Of a stretch of DNA of 64,000 nt, positions 63,101 to 64,000 are shown one piece after another (within the stretch, counting starts at the first letter, position 1; each line of letters starts with the position of its first letter). The stretch lies in assembly GCA_965113315.1 (NCBI GenBank), contig OZ220371.1; one strand, 5' to 3'. The stretch comes from Podarcis vaucheri. Lineage: Eukaryota. Under the pieces are notes generated by a model. That model saw only the letters and a program-made list of their open reading frames with translations. It did no database searches and was not told where the DNA came from. A program made the translations under genes and the position numbers.

Positions 63101-64000
63101 GGAGCCAAGGATTTTTTTTGTGCCAAGACTCAGTCTCCCACAGTTGTACAGTAAGACAAAAAGCATTTGATTAGTTATTTCATTCCTAAGAAAGAAGCCA
63201 CGCTAACACCTTTTACAGACACTGCTGTAGAGCTACATCACAATGTAGCGCTGAACTTAACTGTCCGTCAAGGCAAGTTGAAGATTGCTTTCACAGCTGC
63301 AGGTAGGCCTTTTCTGAGCTGCCACTGGGTCCAGAGTCTTTTTAGAGGAGAAGTGATTCTTCTCTTGCAGGCCTTAGCAAGGCAGCATTTTTGTTTTCAC
63401 AGAGGAGTTGGCCAGATTAAAAAAGGACAATACAGCCAAAATGAATTTACTCCTAAATAAGGTGTACCTCTTTCCCCTGCCCTTGGATCCACTCTGACCA
63501 CAAATTGCTTTAACTGGTTTTAACATATTTTTACATTTCTGCAACCCACCCTTGGAATGCCTTGGTGAAGGGTGGGTAAGAAATCTAAGTAAGAGCAGCA
63601 ATAAAGATTCTCCTCAGCATTCTTATCTGGGAATTTACTGTATTATGATAATCCCTGAATACCCAAAACTGAGAGACCTCTTTGGCAACCTAGAGGAGGA
63701 AGCTTCAGCCTGTAAAGGGCTCTGACATCTAGCTGCTTCAGCAGCTGTTTCTTGGGGAAGGTCTAATACTCCCAAGGCCTATTAAAGCTCAGAAATACAG
63801 CCAGAGAGTAGCAACTGGAGCAGCTGAGAGCTGAGCGGCCTTGTAAACATCTTTTGTCACCTCCACCTATCAGTGACTTTTGCACTTGCCTCCATGAGCC
63901 AGGAACCGCAAGAGACATCATCAGCAACTTAGGCAAGGAAACCCCACCTGCAATGAATATGAATCACAGAACAAGGATTGGTACAATCAGTTCTCAAATG

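Overview
Non-coding vertebrate genomic DNA, apparently from a squamate reptile and probably a lizard (Sauria SINEs, squamate-type L1/L2/CR1 fragments, hAT and pogo MITEs). I could not confidently identify any host protein-coding exon. The centre of the window is a nested mobile-element complex. A ~14 kb Ngaro-type (split direct repeat) tyrosine-recombinase retrotransposon spans 22588-36664, with an A1...B1-A2-B2 layout, decayed RT/RNase H/YR, several SGNH-hydrolase copies and an internal minisatellite. Inside it, on the minus strand, lies a 6.8 kb gammaretrovirus-like provirus (22948-29785) with apparently identical 668-bp LTRs, a tRNA-Pro PBS and a 4-bp TSD. The provirus has broken gag/pol and no env ectodomain. 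It does keep a splice donor/acceptor pair, an intact 135-aa ORF I cannot assign, and an intact 82-aa membrane protein resembling only the Env anchor and tail. This cassette is the best candidate for something undescribed. A 1.57-kb foldback Tc1 element built from two inverted right ends (14185-15754) is also notable. All comparisons were made by eye.
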